DNA from: Thermoproteota archaeon
Lineage (GTDB): Archaea > Korarchaeota > Korarchaeia > Korarchaeales > Korarchaeaceae
Assembly: GCA_027491395.1 (NCBI GenBank)
Contig: JAOZFI010000005.1
Coordinates: 1-24,563 of the forward strand
DNA: 24,563 nucleotides
Reading direction: 5' to 3'
The notes below the pieces were generated by a model, which saw only the letters and a program-made list of their open reading frames with translations, was not told where the DNA came from and made no database searches. Both the position numbers and the translations under genes were made by a program. The stretch's first letter is position 1. Every line of letters begins with the position of its first letter. Below, piece after piece: positions 1-8,903 of this stretch.

Positions 1-2
1 AC

Positions 3-680
3 TTCGGCGAGTATCAGATCCCCTTCGATGAGCCAACTAAGGTGGCGCCTGGCGGGGAGGAGGTTATCCACAAGACCATCGAGGTCCCCAATGTGCCAGT
101 TTTCGGCAAATTCCTCCTCAAGATCAGGGTGGAGACTACAGGTGGGTGCGCTTTCTCTGAGCTCAGGGTCGATCTCAAGCACTCCAACACCTCCATCGGG
201 GTGTTCCTATTCCTCCTGCTGATATTAATGCTCGTGGTCTACGCGTTGATCAGGATGGTCAGAGGTAGGCTCTCCAGCGCAGGGAGATTCAAGAGGAGGG
301 TGAGCAAGGTTGATGCCCTCCTCGCCGAGAAGGAGAGGATCTTAGAGCTGATGAGGAGACTTGAGGAGAAGAGGAAGGAGGGGAAGTTGGGGGAGACCGA
401 GTACAGGAGACTCAAGGAGGAGTATGAGAGGTCCCTCGAGGAGGTGCAGGCCAAGCTGGACTCTTACTTGGAACCTTTCAAGTCCATGCTGTCGAACATA
501 GAGCAGGAGATAGCGAGGCTCAAGGAGGAGAGGGAAGTCGTGAGGGCCAAGATGGAGGTGGGTGATCTCACCAGGGGAGAGGGAAAGAAGGTACTCAAAG
601 AGAAGGATAAAGCGATAAAATCGATGGAAGAGAGAGCTAGGGTCCTGAGGGACAGGATCGAGAGAATAGAGAGGACCTGA
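3..680 (+). CDS. 5'-truncated membrane-anchored protein with C-terminal coiled coil
   Basis: The frame is open from base 3 (FGEYQIPFDEPTKVAPGG...), so the true start lies left of the window. One TM helix (IGVFLFLLLILMLVVYALI) is followed by a long E/K/R-rich heptad region. Confidence 0.75.
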   Translation, partial: FGEYQIPFDEPTKVAPGGEEVIHKTIEVPNVPVFGKFLLKIRVETTGGCAFSELRVDLKHSNTSIGVFLFLLLILMLVVYALIRMVRGRLSSAGRFKRRVSKVDALLAEKERILELMRRLEEKRKEGKLGETEYRRLKEEYERSLEEVQAKLDSYLEPFKSMLSNIEQEIARLKEEREVVRAKMEVGDLTRGEGKKVLKEKDKAIKSMEERARVLRDRIERIERT

Positions 681-723
681 TCCCTTCTTCAATTATTTTA
701 ACTTATTCCTCCCGCATAGCCCT

Positions 724-2187
724 ATGGATCAGATCGTCTCTCCAGAAGTGAAGGAGCTCGTTAGAAGGTACAGGGACATCAGATCCCTCGGCTACGCTCT
801 CTCCCTCTTAGGATGGGATATGGAGACCTATATGCCTCCGGGTGCCTTCAGGGAGAGGGGAGAGGTCAGGGGAATCCTCAGAACCCAAGTACAGAGGCTG
901 TACACCCACCCGGAGTTCGTCTCTCTTGTGGAGTCCGCAAAACCCCAGAACGACCTTGAGAGAGGTATAATAAGGGTTCTGAAGAGATGGATAAAGTACT
1001 ACACTAGGATACCGAAGGAGTTCATAGAGGAAGAGGAGCGTACCACGGCTGAGGCCTTCCAAATATGGAAGGAAGCGAAGGCCAAGTCGAACTTTGAGAG
1101 GTTCAGACCCGTCCTTGAGAGAATCGTTGAGCTGGAGAGGAGGAAGGCCGACTACTTGGGGTACGAGGATCACCCCTACGACGCCCTGCTTGACCTGTAT
1201 GAGGAGGGTCTCACAGTCAAGAAATGCGATAGGATGTTTTCGAAGGTTCCTCAAATATCGGACCTGTTCAAGAGGGTGAAGGAGCGATATCCGGAGAGGC
1301 ATCCCCTAGAGGATGAATCCTACGATGAGACCTTCCTGAGGAGGCTAATAGAGTACGTCTTGGGGGTTCTAGGGTTCGACTTCAACAGGGGCAGGGTGGA
1401 CACGTCACCCCATCCCTTCACGGTCGAGATGGGCCTATATGACATCAGGATCACCGTGAGGTTCGAGGGAAAGGATTTCAGGAGGGCCCTCATGGCCGCT
1501 GTACACGAGTTCGGCCATGCCACCTACGAGATGAACATAAGCGAGGATCTGTGGATGACTCCCGTGCAGACGGGCGTCTCACTTGGGGTTCACGAATCCC
1601 AGTCTAGATTCTGGGAGAACGTGGTGGGGAGATCTAGGTCCTTCGTCAGGAGGTTCAGGAACGAGATGATAATGGCCCTCCCGTTCTTGAAGGGCTACGA
1701 TGAGGAGGAGATATACAGGTACCTCACGCTGGTTAGGCCCGAGCTGATAAGGGTGGAGGCTGACGAGGTGCAGTATGTTCTCCACATATACCTCAGGTAC
1801 AAGCTGGAAAGAGCTATGATTGAGGGAAGCGTGAACGTAAAGGAGCTTCCTGAGATATGGAACGATACGATGGAGGAGCTCGTCGGGGTAAGGCCACCCA
1901 ACGACTCCTTGGGTGTGCTGCAGGATATCCATTGGGCTCACGCTTCCATAGGCTACTTCCCCACATACGCTATAGGCACGATGCTCGCGGCCCAGTACTA
2001 CAGGAGGCTCGGCCTGAGGGAAGCTGTGGATGAAGCGAAATTCTCCACCCTGATGAGCGTCCTGAGAGAGAGGATACACAGGTGGGGGGCCATCTATCCA
2101 CCCGATGAACTAATAGTCAAGGCCACTGGCGAGGAGTTCAATCCGGAGCACTTCCTTCTTTACTTGGAGGAGAAGTACCTGTCCTAG
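724..2187 (+). CDS. Carboxypeptidase Taq family metallopeptidase (M32)
   Basis: M32 motifs are present: HPF, DIRIT, HEFGH (HExxH), HESQ, IRVEADE, QDIHW, GYFPTY. 487 aa. TATA-like TTTTAA ~25 nt upstream. Confidence 0.96.
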   Translation: MDQIVSPEVKELVRRYRDIRSLGYALSLLGWDMETYMPPGAFRERGEVRGILRTQVQRLYTHPEFVSLVESAKPQNDLERGIIRVLKRWIKYYTRIPKEFIEEEERTTAEAFQIWKEAKAKSNFERFRPVLERIVELERRKADYLGYEDHPYDALLDLYEEGLTVKKCDRMFSKVPQISDLFKRVKERYPERHPLEDESYDETFLRRLIEYVLGVLGFDFNRGRVDTSPHPFTVEMGLYDIRITVRFEGKDFRRALMAAVHEFGHATYEMNISEDLWMTPVQTGVSLGVHESQSRFWENVVGRSRSFVRRFRNEMIMALPFLKGYDEEEIYRYLTLVRPELIRVEADEVQYVLHIYLRYKLERAMIEGSVNVKELPEIWNDTMEELVGVRPPNDSLGVLQDIHWAHASIGYFPTYAIGTMLAAQYYRRLGLREAVDEAKFSTLMSVLRERIHRWGAIYPPDELIVKATGEEFNPEHFLLYLEEKYLS

Positions 2188-3538
2188 CCCTCCACCATTT
2201 TCTCACCACGAGCATCGCCACTATGAGTGCTATCAATAGCAGAAAGATCCAATAACATCCCATCACTTCAGGAACCTCCTTACCCTCTGTGGCTGTGCCC
2301 TCGGAGGTAGTGGGAGCGGAAGTGGATGTAAGAGCGCTGGTGGAGATCGGTGAGGTGATCTCAGTCCGTGTTGGGGATTGAGTAACTTGGTTTTTAATAG
2401 TTTGCGTTCCTCCAACTTTCTTCTTGGGAATTTCACTGTTCAGAACAGCAGTTATCTTACCGTAGCTCGCCACAAGCTTGCCCTCTCCTCTCACCTCCAA
2501 GGTCGCATTGAAGGGTGGGACCCCGACCACCTCGGTGGCGTTCACGCGCAGATCACCGAAGGGGATCAGTTTCACCCTTATTGAGATGTCAGCCCCTCCC
2601 AGCCTCTTCACCACGAGTTTTACCTTCCCACTACCGTTTATCTCCTCGGGGCTGAACGATAGCGACACCTCCGGGGCCTTCACCCTCACCTCCACCACGA
2701 CCAGACCGGGTCCCGACCTAGCGACGGCGGTCCTGTAGTACTCACTCTCCACCCTCACCTCGTGCACTCCCTCGCTTATGTTGGTCTCTAGGATTCCCTT
2801 CCTATCGGTGAAACCGTAAAACACCCCATCCACATAAATTGAGGCGTTTTTGACCGGATAACCCGCCTCAGTGACTACTTTGACGGTCAGATTCCTGTAC
2901 TCAAGCTGAGTCCTCCTATCCCGTGAGACCGCTGTGTAGTCGCAGCAGCTGATGGCCGATTCTCCCATGCTCTCAGCTAGAATGCAGACCCTCCTCTCAC
3001 CCTCAGGTCCATCATCCAAACGGAAGATGGAGTATAGCCCCGCCTTTAGGGGTCCTTTGAATAGGACAAGCCCATTATTCCCTCGCTCCAGTGTTATGGT
3101 GACGTTGGAGTCCCTGTTCACGAAGAACAGGAAGGTAACGTTGCTTCCAATATTGAACTCGCTACCACATCCTTGGGGGATCCGTATTCCGGCTTCCAGC
3201 ACATTCCCCAATCTCTTGAGGTAATGATCACCGCACTCCAAGACCACAATATGTCTGCAGCACACGGTCTTCAGGTATCCCTTGACCTCAACGAAATCCC
3301 CGACCTCTACGGCATCAAGGTGAGAGATTCCAGAGCAGCTATCCTTGCCTCTTACTACTTCGATAACACCTCCCTCAGTGAGAGGACCCTCCAACACTTC
3401 CTCAACCCATACAATAGCGTAACCTTTACCCACAGCACCGACGTGACCCCTGAAGATTACCGTGGAGGAGCCTTGGGTGGTGATTAGTGGTATCATGAGG
3501 AGGGATGCTAGGAACGCCACCTTCGCTAGGTTCATCAT
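2138..3538 (-). CDS. Cys-containing cell-surface protein: signal peptide, beta-rich domains including a PEGA-like domain, Ser/Thr linker, C-terminal TM anchor
   Basis: Start moved to ATG 3538 (MMNLAKVAFLASLLMIPL, signal peptide). PEGA-like 'NASIYVDGVFYGFTD...EGVHEVRVE'; S/T-rich stalk; TM 'YWIFLLLIALIVAMLVV' followed by RK. Its 3' end overlaps the convergent M32 gene by 50 bp. Confidence 0.75.
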   Translation of the reverse strand: MMNLAKVAFLASLLMIPLITTQGSSTVIFRGHVGAVGKGYAIVWVEEVLEGPLTEGGVIEVVRGKDSCSGISHLDAVEVGDFVEVKGYLKTVCCRHIVVLECGDHYLKRLGNVLEAGIRIPQGCGSEFNIGSNVTFLFFVNRDSNVTITLERGNNGLVLFKGPLKAGLYSIFRLDDGPEGERRVCILAESMGESAISCCDYTAVSRDRRTQLEYRNLTVKVVTEAGYPVKNASIYVDGVFYGFTDRKGILETNISEGVHEVRVESEYYRTAVARSGPGLVVVEVRVKAPEVSLSFSPEEINGSGKVKLVVKRLGGADISIRVKLIPFGDLRVNATEVVGVPPFNATLEVRGEGKLVASYGKITAVLNSEIPKKKVGGTQTIKNQVTQSPTRTEITSPISTSALTSTSAPTTSEGTATEGKEVPEVMGCYWIFLLLIALIVAMLVVRKWWRARTGTSPPSKEGSAPD

Positions 3539-3897
3539 GTGAAGTATTAGGGAACCTCTATTAATCCTTTTGCGGCGTATTAGTAAGTAAGATGGAGTGA
3601 GATTCATAGTTCCCCAAAAAAAGAGGTCGTCTAATCGTTTCTCGTATGACGGCGGCTGAGGTTTTTGAGGGAACTTTCTTCCACTCTTACCCAAAATAAT
3701 TACCCTCAATACCCGAAGTTAGGATTTCTAATTTATGAAAAACTTGGTATGAAAAAAGAGGGTAGTTCCCTTTATAAGACCTATGCGCCAGTTTAGCGAG
3801 GGTAACACCCCCACGGCGCCGTCCTAATCTTTTTTCTTCCATTTTTTCTCCTCAGGACCCTCTATTAATAAAAAGGGAACCAAAATAGTCATAATAG
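3539..3897. repeat. AT-rich intergenic region with dispersed short repeats
   Basis: GGGAAC/GTTCCC at 3550, 3609, 3669, 3765, 3875; CCTCTATTAAT at 3555 and 3859; AAAAAAGAGG at 3617 and 3752. Confidence 0.6.
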
Positions 3898-4770
3898 TCA
3901 CATAATGTCTGACAGGTGCTCACTTCGCTGGGGGAGTAGATGAGTTCCATCGCATGAAGGGGCTCTCATCAGGTCCTTAAATCCCTCTCTACACACAGAG
4001 GCGGTCATCCCGAGTTTAAGGGCCTCTTCGACTGCGAATCTCAGTAGACGATACCTATTCGATGTAGGCATGTACCTATACCCCCCCACCATAACCCCCT
4101 CATCGTAGTAAAGGTGCCTCCACACATCGGCCAAATCGTGGAAGGAGAGGACCATCCTCGTGAAATTATCAGGTTTTGCCTTATACGTGGAGAAGACCAC
4201 GTGCTCGGCCCCTGAATCCCTTATCTCCCTGAGCAACTCCTTCAGATCTCTAAGATCATCTGTGAGCTCGGGTATTATGGGGTCTACGCGAACCCCCTTC
4301 CTCACCTCCACTGATGCTAGAGCATCGAGCCTAGAACTGGGTGGAGGGGCGAAAGGTTCAAGTTTTGAGGCCAGTTCCCTATCCAATGTTGTAATGGTGA
4401 CCATCAACCCGTCAAATAATCCTTGATCTCTCGTGAAACCCACTCCCTTCGTGGTTAGGAGGACCCTGAATCCCTTAGAGCGGAGCATCTCAAGAGAGGC
4501 TCTAGTCAACCCTAGGACCATCTCCTCTGGAGGATAGGGGTCGCTGCTCGTGGACATGTCGACTGGAAGGGAGGGATCAGCCCTCGCAAGGTCCCTCCTC
4601 AACCTCTTCAAGAAGTCTTTCTTGGGCCTGCTAGGCTTTCGACCCACATAGGATGTGGCGTAGCAGTAAAGGCAATAGTGGGAGCAGCCAGTGTAGGGAT
4701 GTAGTGAGTATTTGGGAGGGCATGTGCAGAGAGGGCTCTTCCAAGGATCGAAGGGTCGGAGAACATTCAT
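3898..4770 (-). CDS. Radical SAM protein, SplB/spore-photoproduct-lyase-like (Rv2578c-type) family
   Basis: YSLHPYTGCSHYCLYCYA (PYxGCxxxCxYCYA), SSDPYPPEE, LLTTK, and VTITTLD...KLEPFAPPPSSRL are typical of this family. Confidence 0.85.
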   Translation of the reverse strand: MNVLRPFDPWKSPLCTCPPKYSLHPYTGCSHYCLYCYATSYVGRKPSRPKKDFLKRLRRDLARADPSLPVDMSTSSDPYPPEEMVLGLTRASLEMLRSKGFRVLLTTKGVGFTRDQGLFDGLMVTITTLDRELASKLEPFAPPPSSRLDALASVEVRKGVRVDPIIPELTDDLRDLKELLREIRDSGAEHVVFSTYKAKPDNFTRMVLSFHDLADVWRHLYYDEGVMVGGYRYMPTSNRYRLLRFAVEEALKLGMTASVCREGFKDLMRAPSCDGTHLLPQRSEHLSDIM

Positions 4771-4894
4771 CGTTAAGAGGCTAGTGATTGGTCCTACTTA
4801 TTAGGTGCGCTTAGACAGGGGAGCTGCCGTTGCTTATACAGCGATCGCTATAATATCGGCCCAATTCAACCATTTGCTGCCCAAGTGAGAAGAT

Positions 4895-5390
4895 ATGGGC
4901 GACGATCAAGCGAGGGTTAGCGCTTACTTCTGTCCGGAGGACGATCACAGCTAGGTAGTCATTCTGATAGATTGAGAGGACTAACAAGTCGATATGTCCG
5001 TCGATGTACTCCTTCACACCGGATTCCATAGGAGAGGTCTTGATGAGGGTGAAGGAGAGGGACATCTGGATCAGGGTGATACTAGAATCTGAGAGGATCG
5101 ACAGTTACAGCGAATACGGGAGGATCAGGGTAGTCAGCGCGGAAGTAAAGCTCAATCAGAACAGCTACCTAATGCACAATAAGTTCACGGTAAATGACGG
5201 GAGCGTGGTGCTGATGGACGGCCTCAACTACACTTGGTCCGGAGATAAGAAGAATGACGAGAACTTGGTGGTTATAGTGGACGAGAGGATGGTCTCAGCT
5301 CTCGAGTTTGAGTTCAATGAGATGTGGTCGGGGATCTTCAGGAAGTGGTCAATCAGCTGTAAAAAGACCTCAAGCGGGGACGAAGCGTGA
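4895..5390 (+). pseudogene. Decayed phospholipase-D-family (Nuc-like, single HKD) nuclease
   Basis: The N-terminal piece MGDDQARVSAYFCPEDDHS* stops at TAG 4952-4954. After a frameshift it continues IERTNKSICPSMYSFT...LMHNKFTVND (HxKxxxxD)...NDENLVVI. The GSxN motif is corrupted to DGLN. Confidence 0.75.
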
Positions 5391-5413
5391 GAACTATCCA
5401 CTGAGCCCTATTC

Positions 5414-7270
5414 TTAATCATTCAACCCCCGCTTGTTACTGAGCAGGGAGCGCAAGAAGTCGAAGGGCCCGTAGGCTCGCCTCACCATATCCACATACCT
5501 CTGCGCATCATATCCTCCTCTCCCCATCTCCACCGGATAGGGAAAGGTCGCCTCAACGTACCTGATTGATCTACTGCTCGCATTGATCAAGGAGGCTGCT
5601 TTCCAGTGGCTGATCTCACTACTATAGGGAGGATCAAGCCTCTTCTCCATTACTAGGAACTCCTCAGGCACCTCGTAACGCATCAGAGAGCGCTCAGCAT
5701 TTTCAAACATCCTTTGAATCTTCATGAGAGCCGATAGTAGGGTACTGGGATCTCCTGCCTCTCCTAACAGGTCAAGCGATCTCTCCACGAGGTTCCTGAG
5801 CAGAGGAGGCATGTCCCTCCTGACGAGCCCCTTGGCCTTGATGCCGCCCCCCACCAACCTCCCCAAGTATCTAGAGGGCACCCCAAACTCACCTCCCTCC
5901 TCCGGCGGGAAGAATACCAGCCAGCTGTAAACAGAATCGACCCTTATCTTGTATCCTAGCTCGTTCTCTATCTCCTCAGCTAGAGAATGGGGATCGGAGG
6001 TCCTCACGAAGAGGGAATCCACTAGGAAGTGGACCACCTCGCCCCTATTGGATGCAACCTCCATGGTTCTAAATGCGAGGTGCCTCGCCATGGCGGTGAC
6101 GCTCTCATAAGACTCTATACTACCGAACCTCGCGTTTCTGTACCCTAGATATCCGAAGCAGGCCACCAATACCCACTTTATTGCTTCTAACCTGTCGGAG
6201 TCGCCCAATGATTTGTATAATCTCTTCCTCCTCACCAGTTCGCTTACTGCCTCCGAGACCAATCCCCTCCTCTCCCTGCATATCCTGTGTCCCACTCCAG
6301 GGACCTCGAACCAGTCAGAGCAGGAGGGATCGTTCACTGTCTCCGGGCTTATGTTCTCCTGACTTATTATTGATGGGAAGAAGGAGTCGAAGTCCAGCTG
6401 GGCTACGCCCCAGTAGATCCCCGCCTTGGGAGTGAGGATGAGACCTCCTCTATCTGCCCTCACCAGCTCTCCGACGCTCTTCCATCTCTCTACCCTCACG
6501 GCCACGTTCGGTACCAAGTACCTCCTCTCCATGGCCTTGAAGGCTTCCACGCTGGTTAGCACCTTCCCTATCGTGTAGCTGGATGCCAGCCTCATCGGGG
6601 CGTGGGAGAGGGAGCTCCACTCCATGAGCCCCCTCACAGTAATGCCCAGCGGCAGAAAATCCACTAGCACACCTCTCTTCAGGGCGGACCTGACCCCAGG
6701 AATCGAGAGGGCCAGTTTCCTCCACTTAGCGCCCTCCAGAACGATCACATGAGGCGAGTGAGATTCGATGACATCACCCACCTCTCTTGGGCCCAGCGTG
6801 ATGGGATCGCCGTTAATGGAGACCTCCACCTCCCTGATGTACCTCCAAGAGGGAACGTTGGGAGGACCGGCCCATCCCCTGAAACCCATCCTCACGTACT
6901 TGGGCTCAGGTATATCTCCATCGCACGAGGAGGGGATGAGGCCAGATCTCCACAAGACCTGCTGAAGCGGAGATGGAAAGGTGTTCCACAGCTCCACCCA
7001 GCTGCGAAGAGTCTTAAAAACGCGCCTGTAGAGGCTTGGCTCCACTTCGATGATGGCCACAGGGAGCGGGCTCCTGTAAAGTGGGGGTTTGAGCCATTCC
7101 TCCACCCTCATGTCCAGATCATGGGCATCAACGAACTCCTCCAGCCACCTCTCATACGAGGCGTAGATCTGTAAAGAGACCCTCCTCTTTTCGATCCTAC
7201 GCTTATCCCCGTCGACGAAGAGGAGCTCCAACTCATCACCTAACCTAGCGTCCAGCAGCCACTCGCACAC
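5414..7270 (-). CDS. polB2: Family B DNA polymerase, PolB2 (Dpo2-like) group
   Basis: Motif A LDFDSFFPSII; motif B KWVLVACFGYLGYRNARFG; motif C HFLVDSLFV (YxDTD degenerate to xxVDS, a PolB2 hallmark); no clear exonuclease motifs. Start moved to GTG 7270 (VCEWLLDA) because the ORF extension to 7387 runs through the promoter region and overlaps the next gene. Confidence 0.9.
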   Translation of the reverse strand: MCEWLLDARLGDELELLFVDGDKRRIEKRRVSLQIYASYERWLEEFVDAHDLDMRVEEWLKPPLYRSPLPVAIIEVEPSLYRRVFKTLRSWVELWNTFPSPLQQVLWRSGLIPSSCDGDIPEPKYVRMGFRGWAGPPNVPSWRYIREVEVSINGDPITLGPREVGDVIESHSPHVIVLEGAKWRKLALSIPGVRSALKRGVLVDFLPLGITVRGLMEWSSLSHAPMRLASSYTIGKVLTSVEAFKAMERRYLVPNVAVRVERWKSVGELVRADRGGLILTPKAGIYWGVAQLDFDSFFPSIISQENISPETVNDPSCSDWFEVPGVGHRICRERRGLVSEAVSELVRRKRLYKSLGDSDRLEAIKWVLVACFGYLGYRNARFGSIESYESVTAMARHLAFRTMEVASNRGEVVHFLVDSLFVRTSDPHSLAEEIENELGYKIRVDSVYSWLVFFPPEEGGEFGVPSRYLGRLVGGGIKAKGLVRRDMPPLLRNLVERSLDLLGEAGDPSTLLSALMKIQRMFENAERSLMRYEVPEEFLVMEKRLDPPYSSEISHWKAASLINASSRSIRYVEATFPYPVEMGRGGYDAQRYVDMVRRAYGPFDFLRSLLSNKRGLND

Positions 7271-7319
7271 ATTCCACAATCGGCGATCACACTTCAGGAG
7301 GAACATTTTCACGTGTATC

Positions 7320-7331
7320 GGGAAAGTTTTC
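7320..7331 (-). promoter_or_regulatory. ANTTTC-containing box upstream of polB2 (GAAAACTTTCCC on - strand)
   Basis: Lies 50 nt upstream of the polB2 GTG and shares AAANTTTCCC with the box at 8863-8872. Confidence 0.55.
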
Positions 7332-7381
7332 GTAGCTCCTAACAACGTTAATAAGGCTTCACCGACTATTCGATTGGAAGC

Positions 7382-8860
7382 ATGCATTGGAGGAGGGCTG
7401 CAGAGATCATAGCCATGGAAGCAGCCTACAGATCAGCCAGAAAGCACGGAAAGGGTAGAGAGTTCATCAGAATAACAGGGAAAAGTGCCCTGAGGTATAA
7501 CATCCTCCTGACCCTCATGTTCTCCCTACTATCGTCCTCCCTCGGACTGGGAGCGTTCCTCGGAAGGGAAGTATCATATCTCCTCCTCTCCGTGCTCTTC
7601 ATGATGGATGTGGTCATGGGAGTCCTCACAATGGCCCTGAACCTCCAGATGCTCATCTCGGACAGACTACTAGATCCCCTCAAGCATCTCCCCATAGATG
7701 AAGGGGGAGTCAGGAGCATCCTGCTCTGGATGGGCTTGTATTGGGGAGGCGCCGCCCTTCCCTTCCTCATCATACCAGCTGGCCTGATCTCCTCCCTCAT
7801 ATTGGGGGACTTGATTACACTGCTAGCAAGCGTACTGATGTCATTCTCGTCTCTAAACCTCTCCCTCGGACTGGGGTACTTGGCTGGGTCGTACAGTTCT
7901 GACTACACGAGGAGCAGGAAGGGGCTCATGAGATCGACCCTCGCCTGGCTATCTCTATTGAGCCTAGGATTCGCTATAGGTCCCGTCGCATCATGGTTCT
8001 TGAGCTCCATCGAGACTGGAGCCCGCATACCTGAATGGATGATCCCCCTGAGCTTCTGCTACCTCACCTCCCCCCGCGCCCTCATCTCATCCTCGGCGCT
8101 CCTCCTCCTGTCGGTGACTGTCATGATCCTCGGCTACATGAGATTCTGGAGGAAGATATCGGTCGAGGAGGCTTCTGCACCCCCGCGTCCCCCGAAGTGG
8201 AGCCTGACCCATGGACCGTGGGCGGCGCTGCTCAGAGAGATGAGGATAGTCTCCAGGACGCCGAGAGTCCTCGCCTCCCTGATAATATACTCCTTGGTCT
8301 TCCCGGTATCTCTCATATCGCCCCAGAAGACCTTTCTGGGTAACTTCCTTGGTCCGAACTATGCATCGCTGTTCATGCTCTCGGTTGGAGGACTTGGAGG
8401 ATTCTCAGTAGTCTACCTCTACATATCCGAGTCCTCCGGGGCCAAGGCCCTGTACCTGCTTCCCCTGACCAGATCTAGGGTAGCAGCCATCAAGACACTC
8501 TCCTTCCTCCTCCTTAACCTGCCACTCCTCGTGGCAGTCGCGCTCGTCCTGTGGATCGCGTCTGGGTGGGAGGGGATCCTCAACACCCTGATATACGTGA
8601 CCTCCTTCTCGGGATCCTCCCTGCTCAACTCCTCCGTCTACGCGGTGATGCTCCCCGATGCACCGTCCCACTGGACCTCCGAGACCTTCGGCAGGAACCT
8701 GATAGCTGCGATCTTCAGCGTGGAATCAGGTTTCTACTTCTTCCTAGGTCTAGCCCCCCTCCTACTGGACTCGAGGGAGGGAAACATCGTGCTGGGAACA
8801 TTGGCGGCCATCTGGCTCGCCGATGTCATCCTGCTAATGATGGGCAGGAGGATCCTGTAG
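7382..8860 (+). CDS. Putative ABC exporter permease, orphan paralogue of 15667..17154
   Basis: About 12 hydrophobic segments; collinear with 15667..17154 (WRRxAE, LRYN, MALNLQ, YWGGAALPF, LGYLAGS, RTPR, PSHWxxETFGR). Confidence 0.8.
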   Translation: MHWRRAAEIIAMEAAYRSARKHGKGREFIRITGKSALRYNILLTLMFSLLSSSLGLGAFLGREVSYLLLSVLFMMDVVMGVLTMALNLQMLISDRLLDPLKHLPIDEGGVRSILLWMGLYWGGAALPFLIIPAGLISSLILGDLITLLASVLMSFSSLNLSLGLGYLAGSYSSDYTRSRKGLMRSTLAWLSLLSLGFAIGPVASWFLSSIETGARIPEWMIPLSFCYLTSPRALISSSALLLLSVTVMILGYMRFWRKISVEEASAPPRPPKWSLTHGPWAALLREMRIVSRTPRVLASLIIYSLVFPVSLISPQKTFLGNFLGPNYASLFMLSVGGLGGFSVVYLYISESSGAKALYLLPLTRSRVAAIKTLSFLLLNLPLLVAVALVLWIASGWEGILNTLIYVTSFSGSSLLNSSVYAVMLPDAPSHWTSETFGRNLIAAIFSVESGFYFFLGLAPLLLDSREGNIVLGTLAAIWLADVILLMMGRRIL

Positions 8861-8861
8861 T

Positions 8862-8872
8862 GAAAGTTTCCC
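8862..8872 (+). promoter_or_regulatory. GAAAGTTTCCC box upstream of the RadA-like gene
   Basis: Palindrome GAAA-G-TTTC containing ANTTTC, followed by TATA-like ATTAAT at 8884-8889. Confidence 0.55.
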
Positions 8873-8903
8873 TAGGTGTCTAGATTAATTCCGTCGATGT
8901 GTA

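Noticed and set aside
2138-2187. Convergent 3' overlaps (50 bp here, 29 bp at 17126-17154) as antisense regulation
   Set aside because: Short convergent overlaps are common in compact archaeal genomes; there is no further evidence.
3539-3709. 57-codon N-terminal extension of the surface protein in the ORF track
   Set aside because: It runs through AT-rich repeat-bearing intergenic DNA and precedes a clear signal peptide starting at 3538.
5414-7270. Polymerase as a casposon/viral PolB or a replicative PolB1/B3
   Set aside because: The motifs are PolB2-type; no cas1, integrase, terminal inverted repeats or capsid genes are present.
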